Assembly (NCBI GenBank): GCA_030141605.1
Contig: JAQGDQ010000609.1
Coordinates: 65,123 to 129,122 of the forward strand
DNA length: 64,000 nucleotides
Reading direction: 5' to 3'
DNA from: Tubiluchus corallicola
Taxonomy: Eukaryota > Animalia > Priapulida
Both the position numbers and the translations under genes were made by a program. The notes beneath the pieces were generated by a model. It made no database searches. It worked only from the letters and a program-made list of their open reading frames with translations, and was not told the origin of the DNA. This document shows, one piece after another, positions 13,819-26,160 of this stretch. How positions within the stretch are numbered: position 1 is the first letter of the stretch; every line of letters begins with the position of its first letter.

Positions 13819-16464
13819 ATGGCGTTGAATAAGAAGAAGAAAGAGGTTAAAAAGTCGCAGTATTATGTATGGTTTATTGGAACTAAAGAGGCTAGAGGAT
13901 TACGAGGCGAGGAATTCATACGACCAGTGGTCAATCAGTTCTTAGAGGAAAACAACGACGACATATCGAAGGTCACACTTCAACTGAGCGAGAAGGGAAT
14001 GAAAATTGTGCAGGTTGTGCAAAAGAAGGCTAACAGATCGAAATCAGAAACGATTAAGTATTTTATACCTGACCATTGCATAACGTGTGCTTACCAAAGT
14101 CCGCCACCCCACGACGATATTGTCTCTTGCATTTTGCTCATATATAATCCGGAAACAGAATGTCCAGTACATGTCCACTCATACCGAACTGACTCTGTTG
14201 AGACGGCATCTCTTCTTTTTACCCACCTACAGCAACTAATCAACAAGCCAGAAAACCAGCAGAAATTTGAGATTTTAGAAAAGAAGTTGGTCGGACAAGG
14301 CTTGCTGCCCTCCACAAAAGTTACTGTGGAAACTGACCAGAGGAGTGCGGGTGGAACTTCTCCAGAAAGCAGCGATAGTATGCACGAACAAGAGGCAAAA
14401 GAGGCACCTTGTGCTTACCCCACCAGAGACCATGTGTATATGCCAAACAATAACATGACTGCTTTAATGGAACAGTTGACAAATGAACTAAGTGATAAAC
14501 TAAAAAGTAGACAACCGCAACCGATCTTACTGCCTCCAAAAGATTATGACACGATAACGCGTCGACACGGTGATGTGTACAATTCTGAAAATCGCAAGAG
14601 CCTTCAAGTCAACATTGTTGGTCCAAATGCCGTCCATGTAACTGAGGAGCAGGAAACGGTTGATACAGTTCCAACAAATTCCGTAAGATACTTCCATGAG
14701 CGACAACAAAGCAGTGGTTTAGGCAGCAGCCTTCCCGAATCACCTCCGAGACAACGAGCTGTTGATAATAAGTGGCGGTACAACACGACAAATTCCGAGA
14801 GAACTTCAGACAGACATGACAATGAGCATGACAGCGGCCATCATTCAGATGATGATCATCCATTTATGGCTGATGATGGATTCATGTACGTTAAACCACC
14901 CGGCAGACAGCAATCCCCAGATGAACAGGGTCCCGGTATCATGGTAAGACCATACTCTAAACGAGAGCCATCATCACCATCTAAAAGCATAGACTCAGGA
15001 ATCGCTAGAAATAATAACAGCTTTAGAGAGCATGACAGCAAAAGAGACAAGTGGAACATTAGCGGAGGAGAATCTGAGCAAAAAAGAAGTTCAGTGAGAT
15101 CTGCCCAGTTGAAAACATCGGAGCAGGGTACAAAAGGCGAAATTGGCATTGTGCGTGTTGCTGATGTAAATCAACCACGTGATTTTAATGATAGGTCACG
15201 AGTCGACAGCAGCAGGCTTCACAGAGACGAATCAGAATCAAACAGACAAATGTACAATAATAATGACAGATTTGATGACCAGAAAATGAAATATCAGAGG
15301 TCACCTGAACGACAAAGTAGTTTTTCACGTCAGCAACCCCAGAATCCTGACGATTACAGGGTTGATTACCATGGTTACAGAAATTCTCCAAGACTAACCA
15401 GGTCTTCCTATCATGCAGGATATACCGGACGCTATGAGCCAGACATAAGTCCTATTAGTGATCCTCCCAAAAGAGTAAGTGATACAAGAAGATACGATTC
15501 CACACCTGCATTGCACATTGAACCTTACGAGTCACGCATTTCACGTCCAGTTCAGCGACAAGCGTCACCAAGAAGTAAATATGAAGTAAGTGATGAAGCA
15601 CCTAACATGTACCGTCCTAAGCATTCATCGGGCGGCAGCCATGGCTCGCCGTCTAGAAGAAGTTATGAGTCGCCACGTTTGCAACGGCATCAGAGTGACG
15701 TGTCTCCTCTACTTCATCGCCATCGCAATGCAGAGTGGACAAAATCATCTCCCAATGTCTACTCCGGTCGAGAAGAACCGATGAGGAGTCCGTATAGGGG
15801 ATCGCCCAGAATGCCTGTTGTCGATGAGGACTTCCCAGACATGCCGCCAGTGGGGTACACCAATCCAGAATTTGATCGTGTCGTGGAAAGAAAAAGGCAA
15901 CAAAGACAACAACGTGACTACGAACCTGCACCTCACCCACCCTTACGTTACCGCCACAGTTCACCACCGGCTTACCAAAACCGTGCAATACCTAGCCCTT
16001 CTTCTGCAAATCAACCACGTTGGAGATCAAACTCACCTTCCCATCATTCACCTAGACTAAGTGCTCATCCACCGTCCCCATTGCAAAATCCTGACCCGGC
16101 AAGCTCGTACCAGCAATACCCGCCACCTCGTAACCAATCACCGGTTCACCGACAACCGCCAAGTCCACGTACAATGCCACCTTCGCCGCATATCAAGCAG
16201 CCAATGCCGCCATCACCGTCTTCTCGTTACCAACCCAGCTCACCTGGAGGAGGAATGGTTCCCGATATGCCAAAAAATTACCAGGTAATGTATCGGCGAG
16301 AAGAGCCGCCACCTCCGATGTATCGGCGGGAAGAGCCGCCACCGCCGATGTACTCTCCTCAGCTGATTGAGCCAGAGAGGCAGAGACCACACAGGGATGT
16401 TCGACGAGCAAAATCATTCCAGATGGCAGCACGACCGCCAATAGCTGTTTACCAACGAAGATAG
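13819..16464 (+). CDS. PTB/PID-domain adaptor-like protein (~881 aa) with long Ser/Pro/Arg-rich disordered C-terminus; single coding exon
   Basis: 2.6-kb non-repetitive ORF, first ATG at 13819 (MALNKKK). The N-terminal ~140 aa follow a PTB pattern (YVWFIGTKE..GLRG...VTLQLSEKGMKI...ITCAYQ...CPVHVHSYRTDSVETA). A PILLPPKDYDT motif and many SP/PxxP motifs follow. Confidence 0.88.
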   Translation: MALNKKKKEVKKSQYYVWFIGTKEARGLRGEEFIRPVVNQFLEENNDDISKVTLQLSEKGMKIVQVVQKKANRSKSETIKYFIPDHCITCAYQSPPPHDDIVSCILLIYNPETECPVHVHSYRTDSVETASLLFTHLQQLINKPENQQKFEILEKKLVGQGLLPSTKVTVETDQRSAGGTSPESSDSMHEQEAKEAPCAYPTRDHVYMPNNNMTALMEQLTNELSDKLKSRQPQPILLPPKDYDTITRRHGDVYNSENRKSLQVNIVGPNAVHVTEEQETVDTVPTNSVRYFHERQQSSGLGSSLPESPPRQRAVDNKWRYNTTNSERTSDRHDNEHDSGHHSDDDHPFMADDGFMYVKPPGRQQSPDEQGPGIMVRPYSKREPSSPSKSIDSGIARNNNSFREHDSKRDKWNISGGESEQKRSSVRSAQLKTSEQGTKGEIGIVRVADVNQPRDFNDRSRVDSSRLHRDESESNRQMYNNNDRFDDQKMKYQRSPERQSSFSRQQPQNPDDYRVDYHGYRNSPRLTRSSYHAGYTGRYEPDISPISDPPKRVSDTRRYDSTPALHIEPYESRISRPVQRQASPRSKYEVSDEAPNMYRPKHSSGGSHGSPSRRSYESPRLQRHQSDVSPLLHRHRNAEWTKSSPNVYSGREEPMRSPYRGSPRMPVVDEDFPDMPPVGYTNPEFDRVVERKRQQRQQRDYEPAPHPPLRYRHSSPPAYQNRAIPSPSSANQPRWRSNSPSHHSPRLSAHPPSPLQNPDPASSYQQYPPPRNQSPVHRQPPSPRTMPPSPHIKQPMPPSPSSRYQPSSPGGGMVPDMPKNYQVMYRREEPPPPMYRREEPPPPMYSPQLIEPERQRPHRDVRRAKSFQMAARPPIAVYQRR

Positions 16465-16724
16465 GACCTATTGCCACATGTAACACAGTGTACCTAAAAC
16501 TGGTCTGAGGAAAACTATTATAATTATATTCTTTCAACTAGTTAACTGGAGAGGCTGAGACCACACAGAGATGTTCGACGAGCAAAATCACTCCAGATGG
16601 CAGCACGACCACCAATAGCTGTTTACCAACGAAGATAGGACCTATTGCCACATGTAACACAGTGTACCTAAAACTGGTCTGAGGAAAACTATTATAATTA
16701 TATTCTTTCAACTAGTTAACTGGA
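16375..16724 (+). repeat. 174-bp tandem duplication covering the last codons, stop and proximal 3' UTR of the PTB gene
   Basis: gagagg...aactgga starts at 16375 and again at 16549; four substitutions seen. Confidence 0.95.
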
Positions 16725-18441
16725 CAAGAACATCCATGTGTTTTGTATATGCATGAATGCTAATCGAAGAAGCTGATTTGTCATCACAGGGTCGTTTTTT
16801 CAGTACAAATTGCTGTGAACATCACCATTTTGGGGGAGAAAAACAACTGTTATCATCAGCCATCTCTACGACGTTCTTGTCCTCGTTTGGTGAGATAATT
16901 TCCCGCAAAATTGTCGACTGGCTGAAGTTTCAAAAAATTTCAGCGGCGCCATTGTGTATATTCATGAGCTGTTTGCAAACTGTGTCACTTAACAGCAAGC
17001 AGAGCGTGTACCAGTCTAAGCTAGCGTGAGTGCTGATCATTAACTAGTGTAGAAAACTAGCCTCTTGTTTAAAATCACCTAAACAGACAAAATCTAATCT
17101 TATGTACATATAGGAAGTAAGTTGATGGTGCTTAAGATAATGCGTGAAGGCTATAATAATAGGCTTGTAAATTTTACGAATGTGCTTTTATAAAAAAAAC
17201 TTGTAAAATTGAAAACGTGTGATAACAGCTGTACGTATGTTTATAGTACTTTAATAGCAGTTTTATTATTTTTATATAATACTGTGTGTTTTTGACGAGT
17301 TGTAACACGATTTTACTAAAATGTTGAATGTTTGATTAGCATCGTTGAGCGCCAATTGAGCTGTAGACTTATTTATTATTAATCCGAAAATGGCTGATGG
17401 GCCTATGTAACAAGAGTAAATGCGTGATGATGGTGATGATAATAATAATAGGCTGTGTTCTGTTTTGGTATCATGTATGAAACGGATGATTTAATGATTT
17501 AGAACATTTTAATTGGTGTAATTAATTCGTTGCCAACTCTTGCTGTTAAATACGCAATTTGTGTAGAGTATAAATCATAAACTTTGTCTTATAATTATGA
17601 TTAACTTAATTAACCTGTGATCACGTTTTATTATTAAATACAAGTTGTACAGACTAGTGTAAAATAAAGACTTTATTTAGAATTTACTTTATCGATGCGA
17701 ATGCGAAACGTTGCAACTAAGAAAAGACTTGAAACTTAAGGGCGTTCACACACCTCCAACTGCAGTTGGACAAACCTTTTCCAATTGCGATACTCGTTGA
17801 GCGCATGACACACGCATGACTGTAGTAGAATTTTTTAAACTTTGGAGCTTACAAAACCCAAGCAAAGTTGGACAATAGCAGTTACAATGACTAAGGCACG
17901 TGTAAGTTTTGCCTTTTCAACTGTAGGCCGAGTTAGAATAAAGAGAATTTATTGTGAATAAGAAACATAATTTCATATTTTTAATATTTTATTGCATATT
18001 TATTTTCAAATTTTCATTTAGCCTGTAGCAATCGACCTGTTACTTTTGTAAGAACTGCTTAAGAAGCTCTTGAAGTTTAATATTTCCTGATTTTGGCATC
18101 TGAATATTTGATGAACTAGCACATCGGCACGTCAAAGCAGAGAAACTTACAGATGATATTATTAGAACCAGAACAAACCGAACGTTAAGATAAAATGCTG
18201 ATTTCTCTTGTCTTGCATAATATTACGAACCTATCATTATTAATCTAGCAAAAATACTAAAATTTTTCATTACTCGTTAAGTAACAGGAACACTTTTTCG
18301 ATACAAAACGTGAAACTCTTCTTAACGTAAAGGAAATTTTTTTATACATTTAAAATTACACTTATGCAATATAGCTACCGTACGAAACTTTAAGTTTTTG
18401 TTATGCAAAAACCGAGAGCACATGGTCACTAATTAAATAAA

Positions 18442-18612
18442 TCCAGGTAAAAAAGTCACAGTAAAAATGTCACTGTAAAAAAGTCACAGTAAAAAACTCA
18501 CAAGAAAAAGTCGCAAGAGAAAAATGACAGGAAAAAAGAAATAACCCTAACTCTTAATCCTAGCCCTACAAAATATAGAACAAAACCTGATTTTTTTCAC
18601 ATACATGTAATG

Positions 18613-18693
<81 letters not shown>

Positions 18694-18835
18694 ATATGTA
18701 CAGGTCATGTATTGCCAGTTAATATATGATTTAAAATATTTTCTGTTTTATTACTTTAACTCTTTACGGCACTTTCTGTCTTAGACAAAATTGTGACTTT
18801 TTCTCTGACTTTTTTCCTGTGACTTTTGTCCCGGC
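18442..18835. mobile_element. Non-autonomous DNA element with inverted aaaagtcacag repeats and internal (TA)n
   Basis: Left end ccaggtaaaaaagtcacag (repeated), right end ctgtgacttttgtcccgg; (TA)n at 18616-18688. Confidence 0.55.
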
Positions 18836-19537
18836 CAGCTATAATGTAACATGAACATTTCATAAGTCTAAAAGAACACGTCACGCATGCAGTTGAGTTA
18901 ATTAACGAGTTTATTTAACCAACTGATTAATAAAATGTAGTTCGACAAAGTTCTGTTTCGTTGATCTCGGATCAAAAGAAAAAACCGAAGTACAGCCTTC
19001 AGTTGTACTTGAAAAAGATTTAAAGAAAAATAAATCTTTTTTTGCTCGGTTAGGCTGAATTCAAAGTCACGCGAAAAGAAGATGCTGCTTAATTAGTTGC
19101 TCTTGGCCCAGAATGTGATGATTAACGGACGCTTAGCTCATTCCAAACACACACTAAAGCCTAGCTTGGAAATAAACCTTGAATGGACAGGAATTGTGAG
19201 TTCAACAAAGGTTGATAGTAGAACTGTTCAAGTTCAGCGAACAAAGCGCCCCCATTAAACACGTGTTTGAACACCACTCTGCAATTTTAACTCTCTTCTG
19301 AACTCTGGTCGTCACCTGTCACGTTTGATGTGTCAACACATTAGAAACTGGACGAACTTTAACGTTTGAACAGGTTTAAAAGACCATGGCGTAGCAGGTG
19401 AAAGGAGCTACAGGTTTACTAATAAAGAATTAGTTGCATGAACTCAAATGAAATGAGCAGTAAAGAAAATGTATTGTTACTATGATAATAATGCTATAAA
19501 TGCTTAATGCTATAAATGCTTTTGCAAATCTTACCTC

Positions 19538-19970
19538 GGATGAATTCCTATCGTCTTTCGCCCGTATATAAACAGTCTGTTGGTGATGAAATTTAACTCT
19601 CGTCGTGTTTTCTATATGCTGTTTTGTTTTTATTTACGATTATGTGAATTTACATTAGAATTGGTAATTATGTTTATTATAACTGTACTCGCTGTTTTTC
19701 ATTGTGTATAATGTGTGTAAATTTTTGTTACTAAGTATTAAAATATGTTCGTTATCTTTTATTATGTATGTATGTAGTGTTGGATTATAATTTGTAACTA
19801 TGTCTATTGTATATGATCGTTGTCATTCAATGTGTCTCATGCGTTGGATTCTACATTATATATATATATATATGTGTGAATGGGTTTAATACGTTGTAAA
19901 TGCTTTTAGAAATTTTAAACATATCCCTACAAATAGAGGGAATGTATTCTGTACATAGTTTTTAAAAATA

Positions 19971-20043
<73 letters not shown>

Positions 20044-20110
20044 TGTAATTTTAACGACCCTTGTCCAAAATTTTCCACGCATCTAAGAGGCGTGCTGTTC
20101 CAAAATACCT
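19538..20110 (-). mobile_element. Dispersed ~570-bp AT-rich repeat, inverted copy of 43652-44184
   Basis: Reverse-complement alignment by eye over the full length; this copy has an expanded (AAT)n. Confidence 0.88.
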
Positions 20111-20760
20111 TGTGTCCAAATGACTTGCACGATCTAAACACGTTATGCTCAAAAGATTGTGTCCAGGTAACTTTTGTGCTCAAATATCCTGCGTGTTTAA
20201 ATTGCCTGTGTCCAAAAGTGTCGAATAATATGTGTACCAATGCCGCAAAGTAATGATTTTGTGCCACAAAGTAATGATTTTGCAGATGTGCAATATTCAC
20301 GATGTTCCCAATGTATCTAAATATGCAGATGTGTTAGGTATTCATAATGGTAAGCTTAATCATTTAGTGCTTGTTTGTAATGATTGGCTGACAAACCCTA
20401 CAGGCAGTACCGAGTATTGTGGGAGGACAAATCCACCGGACATTAAACTAAAACACAAAATTATAGCTCACCCATGGCCGGTTTATCCTATATTGGTATA
20501 AGCTGCAGCATTTGAGGGCCCTCGTGCTTTGATAACGTTTGATTAAAAATCTGTTTTTAATTAGGGTTGTGTTGAAATATGTGCTAATTTGGTTTGCAAT
20601 AAATAGTAAACAGTGGTATTTCTTAAAGAATGTTTTTATTGACAAACAAAAGATAAACTATTCTAGTTTAATTAAAGAATTTGTAATAAGTTTATTTCAA
20701 GCTATTGTAGAAGTCGCTAAATTATGTGCTGGTACCGCCTGCGTTAATATGAGAGAATTG

Positions 20761-21069
20761 GTTGGCATCCTTCTGTCTCAGAAGACAATGGAGTGTGCGC
20801 CAAGAGAGTCAGTTATTGATCACATTGATGGAGCTGCAGCGTCGACTGTGGCTGAGCAGTGCGATCCTTAAACGTCTCCAGGGCGCACGTCTGGGAGATC
20901 CTGAGTTGCCCAAACACCAGGAACCCCCCCTCTCTTCCTCCCTGGTGTAGTCCAAAGGAAAGCGGAGCGACACGTTTGGCGCCATGTTGGCTGCAGGAGC
21001 TGCCAGAGCCAGTGAGCATGATGCACTGGTCCGCCTTCCGGACTCCACTCCTGATTTGGAAAGTTTACT
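20761..21069 (-). mobile_element. SINE/non-autonomous retroelement body homologous to 46535-46855
   Basis: Reverse complement aligns with the 46.5-46.9 kb element and ends ...cagaaggatgccaac. Confidence 0.85.
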
Positions 21070-21139
21070 GAATGAGAGAATGAATTCGTAGTTATGCAAA
21101 TTTTGGAGCCAATATTACCTGAAATGAAAAACACAACAA

Positions 21140-21205
21140 ACTCAGCTTGGGTTTGAGATTTGGATTACAAATTCCATCCTCTGTCCATTAGACCACACAG
21201 TCACT
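21140..21205 (-). mobile_element. Degenerate tRNA-like (SINE head-like) segment
   Basis: Minus strand reads gtgactgtgTGGTCTAATGGacagagg...ttgtaatcc...tcaaaccc: a good A box and a damaged B box. Confidence 0.4.
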
Positions 21206-22179
21206 TTTCTTTAATCGCATTTACATTTCTAATCGAGCTTGGTTTTGCAGAAATTTAATAATAGTTAGGTTTTATTAAAATTGTCATCCTGCAATTAAAT
21301 TTCTAATTAGTTAGTTTACATTGACAACAGTATATTAGTCTATGGAGTAAAGGAAAGCTGTGTTAAATAACGATTTTGACTAAACTGGTGATTAAATTAT
21401 TAAATTAGTAATTCAAGATTAAATGCTTGACGATGTAAGAGTAAATTATCGTCGTGGCTAGAAGTTCAGCTAGGTGTGGCGTAGCACGTGATGAACTGAT
21501 GTCCGACCGGCTGATTCAGAAGTAAAGATTGATGATGTAATCCTTATGCGCAGAAGCTCACCACGCATTAGGTAATTAGACAAAAGTTCTTTGAGCCCAC
21601 CGCACCTCGGGGGAGATTGGGAACTGACTTGAAGACGGAGGGCTGGCATTACTATCCTCTTATATTTACCGCGTTGTGTTCGATATTTAATAAATGTGTA
21701 GTTTACTAAATAAGGTCTTGATAGTTTGCCATGATACAATAAACAACAATAATCAGCAAACACCTATAACCTCTACAATAAACAGACTTTAACGCAACCA
21801 CTAAACCAATTATGTTAATTATTGTATTAAAATGTATTTCAGAAGTTGGTATTAAAGTTACTGAACGTGTTTATTGAGACAGCGCAGAGGTTGTCTAACC
21901 ACAACTCAGAATGTTACACCTGACGTCGCCCGCTGCATATGTTGTCATTTTTCATTTAAATGACTTCTCTTTTTGCTTTAAAGTTTAACCCTCCTGCACG
22001 GATTTGTCTAATGACAGTTCAGAATGTGGACGCACTGTAGAACGAACTGGTTTTTCCTTAATCCGTCAGGCGAAATCGAATTAGTGCAACAAACCCTCAA
22101 TCTGTAGAGACATGCGAACTTCCTGTGTGCCCTTTTACTCAAAACTGACGTCAAAACTGGTCAGTTTTTGCAACAAAAT

Positions 22180-22560
22180 ATGAATCTGTAGGTTGTGGCC
22201 TGTTGCGTTGTTTTCATTTCAGTAGTCTGACTCTGTTGGTTCTGTCCCATGGCTTTGTTTCATTTCAGTAGTATGGCTCTGTAGGTTCTATTTCACTGCA
22301 TTGTTTTCATTTTAGTAGTACGAACCTGTAAGTTCTCGCTCACCACATTGTTTTCATTTATGTAGTATGACTCTGCAGGTTCTGTTCCCATGACATTGTT
22401 TCATTTCAGCAGTATGGCTCTGTAGGCTCTGACCCACCACATTGTTTTCATTACAGTAATATGACTTTGTAGATTCCGTTCCAATCATATTTGTTTTCAT
22501 TTTAGTAGTACGAACGTGTAGTTCTAGCCCACTGCATTGCTTTCATACGTTCATACATTT
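22180..22560. repeat. Diverged ~46-48 bp minisatellite
   Basis: Recurrent tgttttcattt(c/t)agtagta..ctgtaggttct motif. Confidence 0.8.
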
Positions 22561-23024
22561 CAGTTACAGATTCTATATCAACTGAATTGCATATAATGTG
22601 ATTAACAACAATACTGCTAAGTTGTATGTGCCTTTTGCACAGACTATTTATTTATTTCGTACACACATACCAATTTTTCAGTAACAATTTTTTAGTATTT
22701 CTTTCGCTCGTTTCATTTCACGTGCAAAATTTCATGGAAGTGAAAATTCAAAAGTCAAAATAAAAAACGGGGATGTGAATTTTGCGAAAAACCGTTTATT
22801 AATGTACTTATGCAAAGCTCGATTCGTTTATAAGCTTGGTTACCCCCCCCCCCCCCCGGTTGAAGTGCTGAGAGCTTTCAGAACTAAACGTTTAACGTTT
22901 ACGCATTCTCGAGGTTTATCTTGGGTTGTCTAAAATTTTTGAAAATCTATAACAATCACTTTTAGATTTTTATGATTTCGTCATTACTGCTGATAAATCT
23001 GTGTCGTCAAAACATGTCAAACCA

Positions 23025-23385
23025 CAAAGAAACACTCTTCATAAAAAAGCTCAACAAATTCGTCTTAGTATTTTTTATATCACTTACATGGTGTCTTATT
23101 GCATACACAGCTTGCGTTAGCAGTAACGCTGTGTGAAACTTGTAAATTAAAACTCCCGCGGCACAGCCAATTTAACTGCAAGTCGTTTGTCACAAGTTTA
23201 GATAACATTGCATACAGTTTAAAAAATAATCAGAGCATTCATAGCACACTCTTTGCTAACTAAGCAAAAAATACTTTATATTGTCAGTAAGATCAATAAT
23301 GTGTTTTTGGTGAATCAGTGGTGCACACTGGGATGGCAGTGTAGTGCCATCTTACCAATTGGCGCAAAAATTTTAAATTATTAAG
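23025..23385. repeat. Diverged repeat, inverted partner of 25780-26160
   Basis: Shared blocks gcagtaacgctgt, acaagtttagataaca and aaaataatcagagcattc in opposite orientation. Confidence 0.8.
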
Positions 23386-23873
23386 AATTTTCTTTAGCAA
23401 GTACACAAGTCTTTCGAACAGATAAGAGTAATTCTAAATAATGTAACTTTGTAAGGCCTGTTTTGGCGTTATATTTTAAAATTCTCTTTAAACAAAGTAT
23501 TTACAACAAAGAACTTTTACTGACAATGTGATTAAAAATCCACATTCGTTTCAAACTTGATAGTAACCAAAATTACTCGCTGTGACAAATTTCCTGTTTT
23601 GTAATATGGCGTTTGGAAATAAAACTATTCTTTAAAACAAGTGATTTATGTTACTTGAACTAAACGCTCAGTTCCTGCCTTTGTTTACCGGATACCGGGC
23701 AAGTTTATTTACGTGGAAAAGGTTGAATTCTGTTGTTTTTGTTCGTTCTAACTGTTTATTACGTGTGACAACCATCAATAAAGTTGTGTTTAGCAAATTC
23801 AACAATCTTTCACGCCAAACGCACGAGTGATGTAATGTCATGTATCTGTTTTCACTTGATTGGCGCGTACAGT

Positions 23874-24684
23874 TAGGGATGTGAACGATAACGATACGTA
23901 TCGATAATTACCGAATATCGTATCGGTACGGAAAATTTGTTTTTATCGTTATCGCATCGATTTTGGCTTGTATCGTTGCTTATCGCTTGCCTTTATAAAA
24001 TCTCTTCACTTTGCTTTTCAATTTACTTACAGGAATTAAGCAAAACAGGGGATGAAAAGAATTATTTAAATTTATAAGCTTGTCAGACACATGCAGTTCA
24101 CTTTCTCTCAGCAATAGCGGTTATCTTTATTCTGATTCTGAATCATACAGACTGGCCAATGCCGTATACAACGTACTGTATTTTTGGTGTCATCGTCTCG
24201 GACACGTGTAATTGTGCAGCTCGCATGGATAAATGTTTATATCGTAGTAATTTATGTATCTATCGCAGCTTACTTATTTATGAATCATTGTAACAACGAA
24301 GCAGAAAATTTCATCGTAGTCACGTAATGGTTTTACATTAATGGTTTAATTATTAGAGATACATTTTCTGTTGTTGCATAAATTTTCTAACTTCAGTATC
24401 GTTTTCATTGCTCGAAATAATTTATCGTATCGTATCGTAACGTCTAAAAAGTGTATTATCGTTACCGTTAATGTCAAAAAAGTGTATTATAGTTATCGTT
24501 AATGTCAAAAAAGTGTATTATAGTTATCGTTAACGTCTGAAAAGTGTATTATAGTTACCGATAATGTCAAAAAAGTGTATCATCGTTATCGTTAACGTCT
24601 AAAAAGTGTATTATCGTTATCGTACCGAAAATATCGTATCTTGTCGTTATCGTATCGCCAAATTTGAATCGTTCAACGTCCCTA
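23874..24684. mobile_element. hAT-like MITE with internal ~31-bp repeats
   Basis: TIRs tagggatgtgaacgat / atcgttcaacgtcccta. Imperfect 8-bp TSD: cgtacagt on the left, cctacagg on the right (cctacagt in the duplicated end). Confidence 0.8.
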
Positions 24685-24920
24685 CCTACAGGGCGAGTAA
24701 CGTGCTAATTAGACAATGAAGTATTCTAATTTATAGTAACTAAATTACAGGTATTGAACGTCTAAAAAGTGTATTATCGTTACCATACCGAAAATATCGT
24801 ATCTTGTCGTTATCGTATCGCCAAATTTGTATCGTTCAACATTCCTACCTACAGTGCCGAGTAACGTGCTAATTACACAATGAAGTTTTCTGATTTACAG
24901 CAACTTAATTACACGTATTT
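24594..24920. repeat. 163-bp tandem duplication of the MITE right end plus flank
   Basis: aacgtctaaaaagtgtattatcg starts at 24594 and again at 24757. Confidence 0.9.
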
Positions 24921-25779
24921 GAGGCAAAAACAAGGAAGACATTTTACTAGAGAGTGAACGTTTTAATTGCTTACATGAAGAAAACATAAAACGATTGTTT
25001 ACCGAAAGAAAACAAAAGTGTTCTGTACGTTCACTAGCATTATAAAACAGCGCCTGATTGTTCTATATAGGCCAGAATATGGCGTGAACAACTATGTTTA
25101 CTTAAACTCATCCGTAAACAAGTGTTGTTTACCTTTCTGTCACAAATAAACAAGTATTGCTACTTTGTAAATACGAGCTTGTGTGAGTGACGGGGGCGTA
25201 TCCGGAAATTAGGTGCTAATGTACTGAGGCACTGGGAGGAATTTTAATGGAACATCATTAGCATTCAGTGTATAAGGGCGGATCCAGGGCGCAAAGTAGT
25301 AATGGAAAAAATTTGTGCAAATATTTCTAGCTTCCATATTTATGGAAAATGAATTCGGCTTACTAAAATGATGATACGTATTTATTTTAATTTTAAAATC
25401 CACCAGCTTTATAAATTTTTAATCGTGTTCAGTGTGCCTTTTTTCAAGATTGGTAATAGCACAAGTATTTGTATTTTAACCAGCAAGAAAAGGGGCACCT
25501 GAAGTAGGTTTCAGAAAAATCGTCTTAAAAATTATACTACTGTACAGCAAATTTATGTGCATATCGTACTCGAGTTGAAAGGAATTTTTGTTTGTTTTCA
25601 TTTTAAATCTCCTGCAATACTATTCCGACGACGCCATTACATGACGTCATATACGCACCAGGTAAATCAGGGGAAGAAAAGGAAATGTTAAATTATGTCC
25701 CAAAAAACTTTCCATGCAAATCTATATTACTTAGCATTTCGTTTACCTGCTGGAAAGACTTATGTAACTAGAAAAATAA

Positions 25780-26160
25780 TAATTATTTAAAATGCTTTCA
25801 CTAATTGGCAAAATGTCGCTGACTCACCACCCTCCAGGGTGCGCCACTCGCTAACCAAAAAGGTATTTTTAATCTTATTGACAAGATACAGTAATTTTAA
25901 ATTTTATTTAGTTGGTGACACATGTGCTACGAATGCTCTGATTATTTTTTCAAACTTTACTTAGTGTTATCTAAACTTGTTTCAAACGACCTACCATCAA
26001 AATGGCTGCGTCTAACGGTCATCGCCGGAGTTTAAATTTACAAGATTTATACAGCGTTACTGCCGACAAAACCCCTGCACGGAAAAAGACAGTACGTAAG
26101 TGGTATAAAATTTCAAGACAAATTTTTTGAGCTTTATGTTTATGAGGGTGTTTTCTTGTA
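25780..26160. repeat. Diverged repeat, inverted partner of 23025-23385
   Basis: Same shared blocks as the partner feature, on the opposite strand. Confidence 0.8.

Noticed and set aside
16462-16640. Stop-codon read-through into the in-frame duplicated C-terminus (also considered for 45358-45722)
   Set aside because: Additional in-frame stops lie between the copies in both genes.
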